From a virus (taxonomy: Duplodnaviria > Caudoviricetes), in the IMG/VR virus record IMGVR_UViG_3300020122_000466, positions 1 to 50,093 of that record: a stretch of 50,093 nucleotides of DNA. The stretch is one strand, 5' to 3'. Below, in pieces: positions 19,932-28,854 of this stretch; position 1 is the first letter of the stretch; the number at the start of each line of letters is the position of its first letter. The translations under genes were made by a program, and so were the position numbers. The notes beneath the pieces were generated by a model that was not told the DNA's origin, searched no databases, and saw only the letters and a list, made by a program, of their open reading frames with translations.

Positions 19932-20152
19932 GTCTCATTGCCTTTCTCATCACACTAATTGTGGTGGTATGCATCATCTATTGTGTCCGCTTATTGCTAC
20001 CGATGCTGGGCCTCCCTGAGCCCATCAACACCGTGATCATGATCATCATTGGGCTCATCTGCTTGCTCTGGTTACTCAACTCGTTAGGTGTGGTGGGGAG
20101 TGGCCCATTCTTGCGTATAGGAGGGGGCAATGGCCAAGTGTTTGCTCGTTAG
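19928..20152 (+). CDS. Two-TM membrane protein (Thivi_2564-like)
   Basis: MSLIAFLITLIVV..LPEPINTVI..LLWLL pattern. Confidence 0.6.
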   Translation: MSLIAFLITLIVVVCIIYCVRLLLPMLGLPEPINTVIMIIIGLICLLWLLNSLGVVGSGPFLRIGGGNGQVFAR

Positions 20153-20366
20153 CATCTTCGCCACCCTCCTCGTGGGATGCTGCGCGGATATGAAACTGGG
20201 CATCATGGCCTATGGAAAGAGCGTGGAGCAGCAAGCGGGCACCAGCCAGCTCCTCCTCCAGCGCTGCCGGAAGGGGGATGACCCCGCGTGTAGCGCCCTC
20301 AACCAAAGTCTGATTACGCAGCAGCAAGCAGCCCGTCTGCTCCAAGGGTTGGCTGCTAAACCTTAG
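20130..20366 (+). CDS. Small lipoprotein (spanin candidate)
   Basis: Lipobox-like LLVGC after a hydrophobic stretch; GGAGG RBS. Confidence 0.55.
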   Translation: MAKCLLVSIFATLLVGCCADMKLGIMAYGKSVEQQAGTSQLLLQRCRKGDDPACSALNQSLITQQQAARLLQGLAAKP

Positions 20367-20380
20367 TGAAAGGAGTATAT

Positions 20381-20521
20381 ATGAAGTATATCTATTATAG
20401 TATTCTACTTAGTCTGGTGATCGCCGGGTGCACTACCATCTGCAAGATTCCTGGCGTGAGCATGCTTGGCGTTCCTTGTCCATCTCCCACCGCCACCTTG
20501 CTTCCACCTATCCTGAGCTAA
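20381..20521 (+). CDS. 46-aa Pro-rich lipoprotein (not in ORF track)
   Basis: AAGGAG RBS; MKYIYYSILLSLVIAGCTTICKIPG...PPILS with IAGC lipobox. Confidence 0.6.
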   Translation: MKYIYYSILLSLVIAGCTTICKIPGVSMLGVPCPSPTATLLPPILS

Positions 20522-20524
20522 GTC

Positions 20525-20902
20525 ATGGCTGCCCTCAATACTGGAGCACTGCTTCAGCAACTGTGGGATTGGGCGCGCAAACTCGCTGCGGATCCCAAGA
20601 ACTCTAACCTGTTGGATAGTGTGGTGGCGTTCCTGAAGGGGCTGCAACGCAGTGACATCACCGCTGCCATCGCGGATATCCAAGCGAAACAGGCAGCGTT
20701 GGTGGGCACTGGCTCCCTTGCAGACCTCTCCACCCCAAACTTGATCCTCTACGCCACCTTGGGGGATGCCGCCGTCATGCTCACCGCTACTGATCTGGCA
20801 GGGGCAGCGGCAGCGGATGTGCAAAGCTGGTTTGTGGAGCACGCCATTCCTGTGTTGGAAGACTTGGCACGGCTCGCCCTTCCATTACTCGTGATGCTGT
20901 AA
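20525..20902 (+). CDS. Hypothetical helical protein in lysis region
   Basis: 125 aa, Ala/Leu-rich, hydrophobic C-terminus. Confidence 0.6.
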   Translation: MAALNTGALLQQLWDWARKLAADPKNSNLLDSVVAFLKGLQRSDITAAIADIQAKQAALVGTGSLADLSTPNLILYATLGDAAVMLTATDLAGAAAADVQSWFVEHAIPVLEDLARLALPLLVML

Positions 20903-20911
20903 GGAGTCCCT

Positions 20912-21103
20912 ATGGCCACCTTTTCAAGTGTACTCGACCTTGCCCACAAACTCTTTGATGCGCACGCAGCAAGTGCGGATGAAGATGCTCCTGCTCCGCA
21001 ATCGACACCAAAGAAGGACCCAACCTATGGCCTGCATCCAGGTGAAGGCCAACAAATTAAGGACCAACATCTGTTGGATGATCCCAACGATCCCAGTAAA
21101 TGA
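20912..21103 (+). CDS. Small disordered protein with MATFSSV N-terminus
   Basis: 63 aa, AAGGAG RBS. Confidence 0.6.
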   Translation: MATFSSVLDLAHKLFDAHAASADEDAPAPQSTPKKDPTYGLHPGEGQQIKDQHLLDDPNDPSK

Positions 21104-21447
21104 GCGCTCCTCCTTCCAGCCTCCAGCAACACTTTGCCCTGACTCTCGCCCAATTCATCGTGCGCATCAATGCGCTGGGGTGGAAGGTCACATTGGGGGA
21201 AGCCTATCGACCCCCTGAGTTAGCGCAGCTCTATGCGCAGCAAGGGCGAGGGATTGCCAATAGCCTGCACACCGTGCGTTTAGCCATCGATCTCAATATC
21301 TTTGATCACGAGAATAACTATCTAAGTGACACCAAGGATCTCGAAACCGTTGGGGCGATTTGGGAAGCGCAGGACCCCTTAGCCGCGTGGGGGGGTCGAT
21401 TTGGTGATGGAAACCACTTTAGCTTCGGATATGAGGGACGCCGCTGA
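21100..21447 (+). CDS. Endolysin, M15-family Zn peptidase
   Basis: EAYR, SLH..RLAIDL, WGGRF.DGNHFS motifs. Confidence 0.88.
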   Translation: MSAPPSSLQQHFALTLAQFIVRINALGWKVTLGEAYRPPELAQLYAQQGRGIANSLHTVRLAIDLNIFDHENNYLSDTKDLETVGAIWEAQDPLAAWGGRFGDGNHFSFGYEGRR

Positions 21448-21662
21448 TGGCCACATTTAAGAAACTCGCTGGGGCTCCTCCTTCTGATGATACGGATGAC
21501 CCCATTGCCCAGTCCTTCCGCAACATCGGGGCGCCTGCACCTCCCAGTGCGGATTACACTGCTAACGCCAACCGCACCGCCCCTAAGCCTGGCGGGATGC
21601 CCACACGCAAGCCTAATGAGACACTTGAGGACTATGCCGCACGCATTGCAGGAGGTGGGTGA
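21447..21662 (+). CDS. Small disordered protein with MATFKKLA N-terminus
   Basis: 71 aa, TGATG coupling on both sides. Confidence 0.65.
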   Translation: MATFKKLAGAPPSDDTDDPIAQSFRNIGAPAPPSADYTANANRTAPKPGGMPTRKPNETLEDYAARIAGGG

Positions 21663-23062
21663 TGGCCGCTGGAGATGGATTTGCCAACCTGTTGGAAGCG
21701 GATGATCCAACCTACAAACCTCCAGATGAGGTTGCCCCGACAGGGAGTGAAGGGGGGCCTGGGTCGCTCAGTGAGGACATCGCGACTGGCAAGCAGGTGG
21801 CGGCTGCGAGCAAAGTGAAGGGGTTCGCGGGGTTTGACCGCCCACTCCAAGCGCAGGAGTTGATGCACAGTGGAGAGGAAGCCCAAGCCCTCCAGGCGAA
21901 TGACGCCCGCCGTCATGCGCTCGCGGAAAAGGAGCGGGCCTCCATCAACTTAGGTGAGGCGGCAGCCCGCCAAGATGATCTCCGTCGCGCTGAGTTCGGG
22001 ACCGCTGATCCCCTGAAGGCTGCCCAGTTGAAGGCCACTGGGGTGTTTGATGCGGACTTTGGGGAGCGTTTCAAAGCAGACCCTGAAGGCAGTGCAGCGG
22101 CAGCGGCTCGTGCCCTCAGCATCTTAGGGAAAGGAGGCATGCAGGATGCCCCTACTGGTCCAAGTGGCCCCGAGGCCCTCACGGGAGGTCGCAAATACAG
22201 TGTAGGCACTGGGCAGCATGGGGAACCCTACTTTACCAACCTCTCCCCAAGTGAGTTGAAGGAGGAAGCGCATCAGCGCAGTGCCCTCACCGGGGAGTCC
22301 TATCAACCCAGCGTCACTGATCTGCACCGCATTCCAGGGATGCAAGATCAACCCGCTGGAGCCCCTGGCACTTCTTCAACTGACCCCGCAGATATTCTGT
22401 TTCAAGGGAAACTCACCAAAGTGCAGGAGATCATTGGTCAACCCGCGCGGGATATTAAGCAATTAGAGGCGAAACAGGATCTCAAGAATCGTATGATTCA
22501 AGTGGGGCATGATCAAGGGCTCGATGCTGCGCGCAGTCAGTTGGTGGATGAGATGCGGAAGAACCCCTTACTTGGGATCGCGGCCTTTAAGGACGCGGAC
22601 AATACCCTCCTCAAGTATGGTCAGCACACCGCCCGAGAGATTAAGAATAAGCACTTGGATCCCACCCTCTACTTCCCTTCACAGAAGGCCAATGTGGTGC
22701 CAGGTACCGATGCCAATCCAGCGGAGCAAGCGAGTGTGACCAATCCTGGTGGCCGCTTGAACGACACCACCTTTCAGCAGGAACAACAGCAGCATGTCGC
22801 TAATCAGACTACCCAGCAGATTGATCAAGCAGCGGCGAAGGAACAACCCACCACTGCGCAATATGCGCGTGGAGGGGTGAAGTCTGTGGCACCCACCCAA
22901 CTTGACCCTGGGGACCCTACTGCTGGGGCAGGGCCCCGCTCAGATCTTGGCATCCTTGGGGGCCTGATTAAGGAGAAGTTGAAGCGCAAGCAACGGGAAG
23001 CTGACGCGCGTGGCTATGACCCCAACGCCCAATCCGACATCGCGAAACTGTTTGGATTCTAA
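21659..23062 (+). CDS. Putative internal virion/ejection protein
   Basis: 467 aa (ATG 21662 likely), Ala/Gln/Gly-rich, no Cys or Trp in the translation, precedes the largest ORF. Confidence 0.55.
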   Translation: MMAAGDGFANLLEADDPTYKPPDEVAPTGSEGGPGSLSEDIATGKQVAAASKVKGFAGFDRPLQAQELMHSGEEAQALQANDARRHALAEKERASINLGEAAARQDDLRRAEFGTADPLKAAQLKATGVFDADFGERFKADPEGSAAAAARALSILGKGGMQDAPTGPSGPEALTGGRKYSVGTGQHGEPYFTNLSPSELKEEAHQRSALTGESYQPSVTDLHRIPGMQDQPAGAPGTSSTDPADILFQGKLTKVQEIIGQPARDIKQLEAKQDLKNRMIQVGHDQGLDAARSQLVDEMRKNPLLGIAAFKDADNTLLKYGQHTAREIKNKHLDPTLYFPSQKANVVPGTDANPAEQASVTNPGGRLNDTTFQQEQQQHVANQTTQQIDQAAAKEQPTTAQYARGGVKSVAPTQLDPGDPTAGAGPRSDLGILGGLIKEKLKRKQREADARGYDPNAQSDIAKLFGF

Positions 23063-26000
23063 TGGCTGGCGTTGGCATCTTTGATGATCTCTCTGAAGGG
23101 ATTGGTGCCGCAGGGCGGTATCTCGATCCCACCGCTGCCCAAGGCCGCGACCCTGACGCGGAAGGGGAGAATGAGCGCGGCACTTATAGTGAGGACCCTG
23201 AGGTGGGGGCGCGCGCCATCCAGCTCGCCCAGCCTGATCTTGAAGGGCACTCTATTGGGGGGTTCTTCAGCAATCTCCTCGACAATGTAAAGGAGTTTGC
23301 GCAAGGGAGCGCGCACCTCATTACCTATCCCATCGCGCACCCCGTTAACACTGCTGAGGCGCTGATCCATCCCATCGATACCGCTGAGACCATTGGTGGG
23401 GCACTCGTCCAGAACTACAAGCAGGCGTATACCCCGCAACCCAACGAGTCCATTCCTGGGATGATCCTCCGCAGGCTTTACGAGAAGCCGGTGGATACTC
23501 TCATGGATGCCAGTCTCCTTGGACAAGCGGCATTTGGGGGCGCTGGCCTTGCCACCCGTATCGCCACTGCTGGCACCCGTGGCTTAGCAGAGGGGGCTGA
23601 GGCGGCTGGGCGCATTGGGGATGCGCTCAAGCTGGGCTCAGGGGTGGTGGGCCCTGACCTCGCTGCCGCTGGTGAGATAGGGGCGGATGCTGAGTCTGTC
23701 GCTAGGCGGGCTGCCACCGCCAATAAGTATATTGATCTCTTTGATAGTTTAAGTGAGCGTGCGAAGCGCTTAGACCCCCTCAGTATTGCGCAAGATATTG
23801 GTGGGGTCGCTCTCAAAACCACTGCTCCTGACCTGTATGCGGCATGGCAATCCACTAAGCAGATGACGGATGCCACCGCTGCCCGCAACGCCCAGTTACT
23901 GGCAGTGGATGCTCAGCAGAAGCGGATGACCACCCAAGCCTTCGCGCACCTCAACGATGCGGAGAAGCTGGTGGTACAGCCCTACATTGAGGGGCGGGTG
24001 AACTTTGATCGCCCTGTGGGTGAGCAGCTCATCAACTCCACTGGGCAATGGGTGCCTATTAAGGGGGATGTCATTAGGCCGGATGCGCTTGAACAGGCTC
24101 GCCAGAACTATATCCCTATTCAACAATGGATGCTCCAACAACAAGGTCGCACCACTGCCCAAGTCGCCGAGACCGCTGGTATCAAAGCCGCGAACTTTGC
24201 CCGAGAACAACTCGGAGACAAGTTTGATCCCCTTGACCCCGTGACCAGTGACTTTGTGCAGAAGTTTGCTCAGAGCGCGGTGCAACAGAACAATGAATAT
24301 CTCAAGTCTCGGGCTCTTGGGACGATGAGGACCGCCCTGGATATTGGGAAGGAGAAGGAGTGGGAGCGCCAGATTGAGTCCATGGTCGCGGACAACACTT
24401 ATGCGACCGCAAAGGATGCCGCTGCCAACTTCCCTCGACCACAGCAAACCACGCCTGAGGAGGCGCTCGCCCTCATGGGCCCGCAAGGGGGTATCTATTT
24501 CCCTCACTCCGCGGAGAGTGGCTCTGCTGCCCAATCCACCATTGCGCATCTGCTTACCAAGTTTGGGGAGGCGAGTACCTTTAAAGAGAACACCTATGCA
24601 CTCTTCCGCAGTGGGTTCATTGATAACAATGACCCCATTAAAGCGGTGCAGCGTGCACTCTCCACCTACAATAAGGGGCAGAGCTGGCAATCCATCGCGC
24701 AAGATGCGGTGGAGAAAAGTGTGGCGATGGGCACTGGTGCTCAAGTGATGGAGAAGGGGTGGAACCCCAACCTCGATGCGGATGTGATTGCGCGCACCCA
24801 CCAACCCTGGAGTCCTGGGGATTTGATGACCGACAGTATGGTCACCGAGGATCTCCAGCATATGCTGACCCGTGGCTTGGAAACCAGCGCGGAGAGTGGG
24901 GACATGAACATGATGGAGATGGCCAAGCGGGCCCTCCAAGGGGCTGAGGATGGCCCCATGTACAAGCCCCGCGCGGATGCCAAGGTCTACAAGATTCCCA
25001 CCGCCATGGGCCACGCCATCGATGAGTTGAAGGATGCGCATGCGCCAGTCACCAACCCCCTCTTTCGCACCCTCGATAGCGCGATGGGGTATTGGAATTG
25101 GGGCACCCTCAATCTGCGTGCTACTCGGCTCATCAACCGGGTCACTGGGCATAGCTTGTTTGCGGCGATGCAGGGAGTGCACCCCTTCAGTGTGCAAGGG
25201 GCCAGCGCCCTCGTGGCCACTGGGCGCGCCCTCCTTGGTGCTGCTGGCTTGGGTGGGGAGCGTGAGGCCCAACTGGCTAAGGTGTTTGATCTCCCTGGTA
25301 TCCGCACGGGTGGCCTAGAGACCAGCCTCCTTGAAGCTTCAGGTGGTGTTGGAGGGCGCTTGGCAGCGAGTGATAACCCAGTCGCTCGCTTCTTTGGCAA
25401 GGGCTCCAATGTGATTGCCAACACCGCTACTAACATTGATGCGGCCTTCCGCGCGGCCAGCCTGTTCTATGAGCTGAGCCCCAACTCCATCGGCCGAGTG
25501 CAACGGATGATGGGGCATATGGCCGCAGCCCCTAGTCTAGGGGAGACCATCGAGCGCTTCAGTGAAGCGGGTGGGGATGTGATGAAGCTCCCCGAGTTCA
25601 CCCAAGCCCTCAAGGGAGTCAACCGGTATTTTGGTGATTATAACAGGCAAACTCCCTTGGAGCGTAAGTTGGTGCGCAGGATCACCCCCTATTACCAATT
25701 CATTAAACATTCTACTGAATTATTCACCCGTTATCCCTTTGAGCACCCCTTGATGGGTGCGGGTGCCCGTGCCTTAGGTCAGGCCGTCACCCAGGATCTC
25801 AAAGACCAAGTGGCCCACATGGGCTTCAATTGGGACACCGATGTGAAAGATTACCTGAAGGATGGGATCCCTATTCAGAGTGACATTGATGGGGAGACTG
25901 GGCAGAAACGCCTGCTGATCATGCCCACCAAGGTGTATTATCCCTTCAGCCATCTTACGGGGAATGCGAGTGAGGAGATGATCAACTCTATCGCGCCTTG

Positions 26001-26517
26001 GCTCCGCATCGCCATCGAACAAACTACTGGGGTCAACTTGTTTAAGAAGGAGAAGTATCGGGGCGCTATCTCCAGCTTCGATGGCCAAGAGGTGGATGAG
26101 CACACCGGGGAGATCAAGCAGACCTTCACCCATCCCTCAGTAGGAGAGGCAGTGCTGCGCCAATTCTGGCCTTACAACATGGTGAAGGATCTGGTGGCGA
26201 ATGGGCGCATCCCCACGGATACCGCTGACTTGATTGACATGGCCACGAATGCGCCAGGAGCCTGGCAGTATGACCAGCGAGGGCTCCCCTCTCGCAAGCC
26301 GCAGTATGGTGGGACTGCCAATCCCTTGCTCAAGCTGCTCGGGAGGGCGCCCACCTACGTGACCGAGCCCACTGACAAGCAGCTCCAAAAGCGCAAAGCC
26401 ACCACCAACAGCCAGCTCAACACCCTCTATCAGCGCTATAGCAGCCCCCAGCAGCGTGACCTTCTGCAAGCGAAGGTGGATCAGGCCAACGCGGAGGAGG
26501 ACGCCCGCCAGCCATGA
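23062..26517 (+). CDS. Large internal virion/ejection protein
   Basis: 1151 aa helical Ala/Gly-rich; C-terminal RYFGDY..ERK.VRRITPYY.F..and IAIEQTTGVNLF segments typical of large podophage internal proteins. Confidence 0.7.
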   Translation: MAGVGIFDDLSEGIGAAGRYLDPTAAQGRDPDAEGENERGTYSEDPEVGARAIQLAQPDLEGHSIGGFFSNLLDNVKEFAQGSAHLITYPIAHPVNTAEALIHPIDTAETIGGALVQNYKQAYTPQPNESIPGMILRRLYEKPVDTLMDASLLGQAAFGGAGLATRIATAGTRGLAEGAEAAGRIGDALKLGSGVVGPDLAAAGEIGADAESVARRAATANKYIDLFDSLSERAKRLDPLSIAQDIGGVALKTTAPDLYAAWQSTKQMTDATAARNAQLLAVDAQQKRMTTQAFAHLNDAEKLVVQPYIEGRVNFDRPVGEQLINSTGQWVPIKGDVIRPDALEQARQNYIPIQQWMLQQQGRTTAQVAETAGIKAANFAREQLGDKFDPLDPVTSDFVQKFAQSAVQQNNEYLKSRALGTMRTALDIGKEKEWERQIESMVADNTYATAKDAAANFPRPQQTTPEEALALMGPQGGIYFPHSAESGSAAQSTIAHLLTKFGEASTFKENTYALFRSGFIDNNDPIKAVQRALSTYNKGQSWQSIAQDAVEKSVAMGTGAQVMEKGWNPNLDADVIARTHQPWSPGDLMTDSMVTEDLQHMLTRGLETSAESGDMNMMEMAKRALQGAEDGPMYKPRADAKVYKIPTAMGHAIDELKDAHAPVTNPLFRTLDSAMGYWNWGTLNLRATRLINRVTGHSLFAAMQGVHPFSVQGASALVATGRALLGAAGLGGEREAQLAKVFDLPGIRTGGLETSLLEASGGVGGRLAASDNPVARFFGKGSNVIANTATNIDAAFRAASLFYELSPNSIGRVQRMMGHMAAAPSLGETIERFSEAGGDVMKLPEFTQALKGVNRYFGDYNRQTPLERKLVRRITPYYQFIKHSTELFTRYPFEHPLMGAGARALGQAVTQDLKDQVAHMGFNWDTDVKDYLKDGIPIQSDIDGETGQKRLLIMPTKVYYPFSHLTGNASEEMINSIAPWLRIAIEQTTGVNLFKKEKYRGAISSFDGQEVDEHTGEIKQTFTHPSVGEAVLRQFWPYNMVKDLVANGRIPTDTADLIDMATNAPGAWQYDQRGLPSRKPQYGGTANPLLKLLGRAPTYVTEPTDKQLQKRKATTNSQLNTLYQRYSSPQQRDLLQAKVDQANAEEDARQP

Positions 26518-26747
26518 CGCACTGTGAGATTCACCACCTCCCCCTCGCGCATCACACGGTGTTGGGGCAGGACTTGTGCCCAGTCAGGGGGTGCTTCCGG
26601 GGGACGCTAGAGAGCAGGGTGCTCACCCCTACGGGCATGATGGTCAGGACGATGAGTCGGGAGGGCAAATACGCTTGGAAGCCCCTGCGCGAGAGCAAGG
26701 GGAGGTGCCGACCTTGTGAGGAACGCAAGCGCCTATACAGCGTCTAA
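26514..26747 (+). CDS. Small Cys/His protein
   Basis: 77 aa, ATGA coupling, CxxH/CxxxxC/CxxC. Confidence 0.45.
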   Translation: MTHCEIHHLPLAHHTVLGQDLCPVRGCFRGTLESRVLTPTGMMVRTMSREGKYAWKPLRESKGRCRPCEERKRLYSV

Positions 26748-26771
26748 CCACTCTGCTATGCTGAGATCCAC

Positions 26772-27128
26772 ATGAAGATTGAGGTGACTGTGCACCATCA
26801 CAACGAGGAGTGCTGCGCCCGCATCGAGTGCAAGGTGGATCAAGCCCTTGTGCAACTCGATCGAGTGCTCGCTCAACAGGAACGCATCCTTGAAAGGGAG
26901 GCTCAGATGGCCGCAACAATTGATGATATCCTTGCTGGTGTGCAGCAAGAGAGCACGGTGGATGACTCCATTATCACCCTGCTGAATAACATTGCCGCGC
27001 AGCTCGCCAATGCAGGCGTACCACAGGACAAGATCGATGCGATTATGGCGGTGATCACCGCGAATCAGGCGAAGGTGACCGCTGCGGTGACCGCGAATAC
27101 CCCGGCAGCGCCTCCGCCCACTCCGTAA
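26772..27128 (+). CDS. Coiled-coil phage protein
   Basis: 118 aa ending VTANTPAAP; upstream TGCTATGCT extended -10-like element; possible internal start at 26908 after GGGAGG. Confidence 0.65.
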   Translation: MKIEVTVHHHNEECCARIECKVDQALVQLDRVLAQQERILEREAQMAATIDDILAGVQQESTVDDSIITLLNNIAAQLANAGVPQDKIDAIMAVITANQAKVTAAVTANTPAAPPPTP

Positions 27129-27143
27129 TCAGGCGAACCCCCC

Positions 27144-27220
27144 GAGGGCTCCTTCCGCGCCCCTCATCTCAGCAATGTGGTTTGGTGCGGGGAGCCCTCC
27201 CCACCTCGCTGCGCGAGGTG
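27144..27220. terminator. Two hairpins at the convergence of the two arms
   Basis: GAGGGCTCC/GGAGCCCTC plus CCGCGCC/GGTGCGG (27144-27199) and CACCTCGC-TGC-GCGAGGTG (27202-27220). Confidence 0.55.
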
Positions 27221-27221
27221 C

Positions 27222-27485
27222 TCACACCAGCGCCAACGCCATCAGCGCCCGTGTCGCACAGTGGGCAAGTTCACGGCGCATCGCCACCCGATGGTCCTCA
27301 TCATAGTCGTCAAGGGCCTTACTGGCGTGATCAAACAAGTGCTCCACATGTTCCTTCACGGACTGGGTGAGCCACTTGGAGCCCTTGGCAGCATCATAGC
27401 GTTCCAGCACCATCTCCACTTCACGGAGGGCGACCGCTAAGTCTGAGAGATACGAACGGGTGGGGTGCATAGGATCAATGACCAC
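27222..27485 (-). CDS. DUF5664-like (dATP/dGTP diphosphohydrolase-type) small helical protein
   Basis: KW....EH..H...H ... ELAHCATRALMAL pattern. Confidence 0.45.
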   Translation of the reverse strand: MVIDPMHPTRSYLSDLAVALREVEMVLERYDAAKGSKWLTQSVKEHVEHLFDHASKALDDYDEDHRVAMRRELAHCATRALMALALV

Positions 27486-27627
27486 GACGCCACTCCTGTT
27501 GTTTCAATGATTGATAGAGCCGGTGCTGGGCACAGGTCACATACCCTCGCGAGGCGGGCTGCCGACAATCACGACACTTCCCCTCCCTCCACTGTCTCCT
27601 GCGCCACTGCTGCATGTATGGTCCCAT
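27475..27627 (-). CDS. Small zinc-finger protein
   Basis: GKCRDC...TCAQH; AAGGGG RBS before ATG 27627. Confidence 0.5.
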   Translation of the reverse strand: MGPYMQQWRRRQWREGKCRDCRQPASRGYVTCAQHRLYQSLKQQEWRRGH

Positions 27628-28630
27628 GTTCCCCTTCTGGGTTGAGGGTAAGGGTGCGCGCATCGCCATCGCCTCCATTTGCCACAAGTAATTTGAGTTC
27701 TAGACACTTAGTGATGAGGAGGCGCGCCACGCGCATCCGCTTGGTTTCATACCCCCACTTCTCACAGATCACCTGGGCGAGGTTGAGGACAGTGGAGGAA
27801 CTACCCATCCCTTGCAGAATCTGCACCACACCTTGCGGTTCCCCGCGCCCGGGGGCGCAGCGCTCAAACCAGAGGGTGCGCTCGTTGAGGATGATGGTGG
27901 TGGGCTCAATGCTGGGGCCGTAGCGTCCATCAAATTCGAGTCTTGATTTGGGGCCGCCTCCGCTGTCTTTGCCCAAAGGTACAAGAGAAAGTACGCTATC
28001 GGGGGCAGCAGAAAGAACATCAGCTCCTCTCGTACGCTGGAGAGCGCGACGATGGATAGATGCTTCAGAAGGCTTGCTATCATGATGTACAAGCACGATT
28101 GCACAACCGGGGTCATCCACCATCGTTGAGAGTCTCTTAAACATCCTGCCAACGATCGCGTTATCATTCTCATTCTCCGTCAGGACATGGGAGACCGGGT
28201 CAAGTATGACAAGGGTTGGCCGCATCCATCGCACAAACTTGACGAACTCGTTGAAGGCCGTAAGGTCATCAAGTCGAACGTCTCGGGTTTCGTTAACCAG
28301 GATGCGACTGAGCTGGGTGTCAGTGAAATCTCCACTCGCCCGCATGTGCGACACCATCGCACTCGCTCGGTCGAACACGCCCCGTTCATGAATCTCCCCT
28401 TGATAAATCAGCACACTGTGCTCCCCACGATGGAGGGGTATGCCCAAGAACTCGGGCTTGTCGGCCGCTAGTGCCAGCGCAAGGTTGAGGGTGAGCATGG
28501 ACTTCCCTTGTTTGGCAGCGCTGTGCAGCATGGTAATGCCTCTCATAGGGACAAGCGCATCCCCCCAGAGGGAGGGGACCGTTGGCACCTCGCGATTGAG
28601 GAGCAGGGAGAGGGTCTCGACCTTGATCAT
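27569..28630 (-). CDS. RepA/AAA_25-type replicative helicase
   Basis: Walker A-like SAAKQGKS, IYQGE, Walker B VILDP, ENDN, LVHHDSK, RGAD motifs; possible C-terminal wHTH. Confidence 0.85.
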   Translation of the reverse strand: MIKVETLSLLLNREVPTVPSLWGDALVPMRGITMLHSAAKQGKSMLTLNLALALAADKPEFLGIPLHRGEHSVLIYQGEIHERGVFDRASAMVSHMRASGDFTDTQLSRILVNETRDVRLDDLTAFNEFVKFVRWMRPTLVILDPVSHVLTENENDNAIVGRMFKRLSTMVDDPGCAIVLVHHDSKPSEASIHRRALQRTRGADVLSAAPDSVLSLVPLGKDSGGGPKSRLEFDGRYGPSIEPTTIILNERTLWFERCAPGRGEPQGVVQILQGMGSSSTVLNLAQVICEKWGYETKRMRVARLLITKCLELKLLVANGGDGDARTLTLNPEGEHGTIHAAVAQETVEGGEVS

Positions 28631-28854
28631 TCATCGCTGGTGATAAGTTGGTGTAACACATCTTCAAGGGAGGGCTCGGCGAGTTTAGCTCGGATCGCGT
28701 TGATCACCGCATCATGCACCATCATGTGAGGGAAATTGATATAGTAGACTGCATCGCGCAGGATGCTCCCAAGTGGCTCCTGTGGGATGAGTATCCCACC
28801 TTCTGGATGATAGATCACTCCCCACTTACTCACGTGCCAGATATCAAGCGGCAT
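28627..28854 (-). CDS. Hypothetical protein
   Basis: 75 aa, overlaps both neighbours. Confidence 0.5.
   Translation of the reverse strand: MPLDIWHVSKWGVIYHPEGGILIPQEPLGSILRDAVYYINFPHMMVHDAVINAIRAKLAEPSLEDVLHQLITSDE

Noticed and set aside
23896-25272. 458-aa antisense ORF (likewise 5398-6441 and 41768-42622)
   Set aside because: Overlap well-supported genes on the other strand; typical of GC-rich codon bias; no motifs.
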